Assembly: GCA_964036045.1 (NCBI GenBank)
Contig: OZ038379.1
Location: forward strand, 16,368,001-16,432,000
Direction of reading: 5' to 3'
Length of the DNA stretch: 64,000 nucleotides
Source: Eutreptiella sp. 'Long Island Sound 2002'
Taxonomy: Eukaryota; Protista; Euglenida
The position numbers were made by a program, and so were the translations under genes. How positions within the stretch are numbered: position 1 is the first letter of the stretch; every line of letters starts with the position of its first letter. Of this stretch, positions 61,351 through 64,000 are shown in pieces. The notes under the pieces are model-generated. The model had not been told where the DNA came from and searched no databases. It saw nothing but the letters and a program-made list of their open reading frames with translations.

Positions 61351-64000
61351 GTACGCCTCAGACCTGGCCCCACTGGTTTTGCGGGTTGTAGGGACGCGCC
61401 CCGCAGTGAGCGCGGTGCACAGACAGTGCAGGTCTGATTGGGTGTAGGGCCAGAGGGTCCACACGGTCCCTCCTTTTTTACGGAACGCCGAGTCAAAGAC
61501 CGGCTCCCGCATCATTTGCCGGGGGGCGTTGTTGGAATGGAAGCGCATTGATGACGGGGTCGCACTGGTGCTGGTCGGTGATAGTGTGGGAGTGGGAGGG
61601 AAGGGGAGAAATTGTTCAGAAATTGTTCAGAAATGACCGTGTGGGGGTGGCAGTTGGCGTAGGCCGGAATTGTGGTGTGAACAAGAGGGTGCCGCTGCGC
61701 AGCGCGCCCCTCATGACGTTCTTGTGGATTGTGGGCACGCCGATGATCGATGTGCCATTCCACAAAACGGCTGGTTTGGACCGGTCGATTGCATCCACCC
61801 GGCCCCAGACACGCAAAAGGCAATGGCCTCTCCTTCTCTGAAGCAGCCTTGTCCCGTGCAGTGTGTAAAGGGCGTGCCGCTGGGCCAAGCGCTTCTGCAT
61901 TTGCAGGCCCTGGAGGTCAGGTAGCACATCCCCCGCACCGCGAATTCTCGTTCCCAGCGCCATGTTGAGAAATTTTTCGGGCGGCAAAATACTGGGGGTC
62001 TGCATGGAGCGTGGAGCAGGCCCTGCGGGGGAACCGTGAAAGATAAATGCGATGGGGGTGGGGGCGCTGGAGGCCCGCTGGCCCCAGTCCGTGCACCCGA
62101 ACCCCCCCCCCCCCCCCAACCTACGCCAAAGGTCACCAAAGTTTTGGCAGCCCAGGAGGCCTGGATATGTGCGTTGGGGAGAGGGATTACCGCCCCCAAA
62201 TTCTTCCAGTGGGTCTTCTTGTGGGCTTTTTTGGTCGCCATTTGGGCAACAGACCTTCAGAAATGAGGCGGGGGGGGGGTGCTCCAGCTTTGGCGGATTC
62301 CTGGCCCGGAATTTCCATTGGCACCCTCAGGACACGGGGCCAAACCAAGAAAATCCAGGAAACCCCGGGAACACCCCGAGTCGAGTCAGAAATGATCAGG
62401 ATTTGGTGGCGGGGAACTCAGGAAAGGTCCCATCGCATAGACCCTCCTGCATCATCCTCCCACCTCCTCCACCGTCTTCTGTTCTCCTCCACAGCCCCGT
62501 GAGTGCCAGGGCCCATCCCTTCATCTCCTTAGACCTCCCCCACATGCCGCCTCCTCCCAATGAAGTTTGTTGGGGGGGGCGGGGGGGCGGCTGTAGGGGG
62601 CCGTCGGTTTTGTTTTTGCCTCGGAGTGGAGGGTCCCTCTGCCACACGCCCATGGCCTTCGGTCACCGCATCCCTGTGGTCCCCATTGCCCCAATATTTT
62701 GTGGTCAAAGCACAAATGACAGGTTTCGGATGCTTCCCCTCAGCCGTGCCCTGCTTTTGTGTAACACCCCCCATTGACCCCCCCCCCCCCTTTACAACGC
62801 CCCCCCCCCATGATAACCCCCCCCCCCTCTAGGGCCCCAGAAACTACAGTTCATGAAACCACCCCCCCGTATGCCTCAGAACTTAAGACACAGAACAAGC
62901 ACTGCACGGGATTGAGGTTTCGCAACCAACACAGTCATTTGAAAGTCAGCTCTCCTACCGGCGGTGGAGAAAATTAGTGAGGGATGCTTTTCAAGGGGGG
63001 AAAATATGCCTGAAGATTTGTTGTGTTACTTCCCCTGTACTTTGAAGGATTTCCAAGTCTGGTCGGGCGAGGGTTTGCATGCTGCTAGGCAAGCAGTACT
63101 TGCAAAGCGCGCCAACGATGATGTCCAGCAAACACCTAGGGGTGCCTGGTGTAACTGGAGTGCAGAACAATGGAAGGAGTGTGTGGACACACATGTTACT
63201 GGGCGCATGAGGGCTGTGAAGTTGAAATATGGGGACCCCCACCACCCGAAAGCACCAAACGCAGATGGGGGAAAGCAGGACTTGATTGAGCAACACTCAA
63301 TAACAGTGCCATCAGGCTATGGGCAAAAATCATTTGGGAGTTGGCAATTTGGCCTCTTCGTCTTTGTACGTTCAAGAATACATTTTTTTTGAAGACAAAA
63401 CGGGCTTGACCTTGAAGTATCCTTTCACAGAACCCTATGGATCTTGTATAATCCCCCCCCTCATTTTTCAGAGCAGTTGCATATTTTTTCCCGGCAATTT
63501 TTTCCAGAACACACTTTCGCATGCATGTATTTTCTCCATCCCCGGTAGGAAGAGGAGGAGCTGGAGCTGGAGCTGGCAGATGCTCTGGGCTAGAAGAATG
63601 CAGCAATGGAGGCGGGAACTGGCCCATCTGAGCGTGACATCCGCCCCCCCCCCCCTTCTCCATGATAACCCCCCCCCTGTGGACCCCAGAAATGCCAGAT
63701 CCATAACATCCCCCAGGGTGGTTTTACGGGGGGGGGTTGCCCCCGTGCCCCGAGGGACTGCCCCTCCCCCTGGGGGCGCCACTTACCCCAACAGGCCACA
63801 GCGCCTAAGGTGTCGAAGAAAAGCTTTCCTCCGGTTGCACTGGAGTTGTAGTGGAAAGGGCAGGTTTGGGTCGTTGCACATCCCCCCCCCCTTCTCCGGG
63901 GGGGGGGGGGTCATTTGGTGACCGTTCCTCCCGGGGGTTGGGGGCACCGTTGCACTTTCTGGGGGCACTCTGCATGGAGGCGGGGGGGGATGGTTGTGCC

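Noticed and set aside
62964-63392. 142-aa ORF near the window end
   Set aside because: No recognisable motif, flanked by MITE-like G/C tracts, and not spliceable convincingly to the SGNH gene.
1-64000. TnpB/Fanzor/IscB, SL RNA, rRNA or snRNA genes
   Set aside because: No RuvC or zinc-ribbon motif set, spliced-leader sequence or rRNA/snRNA-like segment was recognised by eye; a covariance-model and HMM search is needed to exclude them fully.

Overview
Repeat-rich eukaryotic genomic DNA with GT-AG introns, TTAGGG-type telomere-like tracts and long G/C homopolymers. A euglenid or other euglenozoan source is my inference, not a database result. Three spliced genes, all on the + strand, were reconstructed by hand. 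(1) A bacterial-type CysM cysteine synthase: 2 exons, 15200-16911, 325 aa. (2) A carbonyl-reductase-like SDR: 4 exons, 22059-33463, 288 aa. (3) A secreted SGNH/GDSL hydrolase with an intact Ser-Asp-His triad and an unassigned C-terminal domain: at least 9 exons, 38866 to beyond 61350, with no stop found. Each start codon follows a polypyrimidine-AG site compatible with spliced-leader trans-splicing. The large introns are filled with mobile elements. A Sola1-type DNA transposon family has one copy with a broken transposase and two deletion derivatives, all with AWWT 4-bp target-site duplications (TSDs). A non-autonomous hAT-like family has three copies with perfect 8-bp TSDs and carries internal telomere-like tracts. 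The most unusual pattern is a ~1.15-kb non-coding element ('element B'). All four copies seen (three complete, one truncated relative) sit in those telomere-like tracts, always in the same orientation relative to CCCTAA, and two form a head-to-tail dimer. One hAT-like copy also holds a 2-kb insert with RanBP2-type zinc fingers, a 3' A-tract and a 26-30-bp TSD. The first 21 kb otherwise holds decayed element fragments. No CRISPR array, rRNA, intact tRNA or TnpB/Fanzor ORF was recognised.
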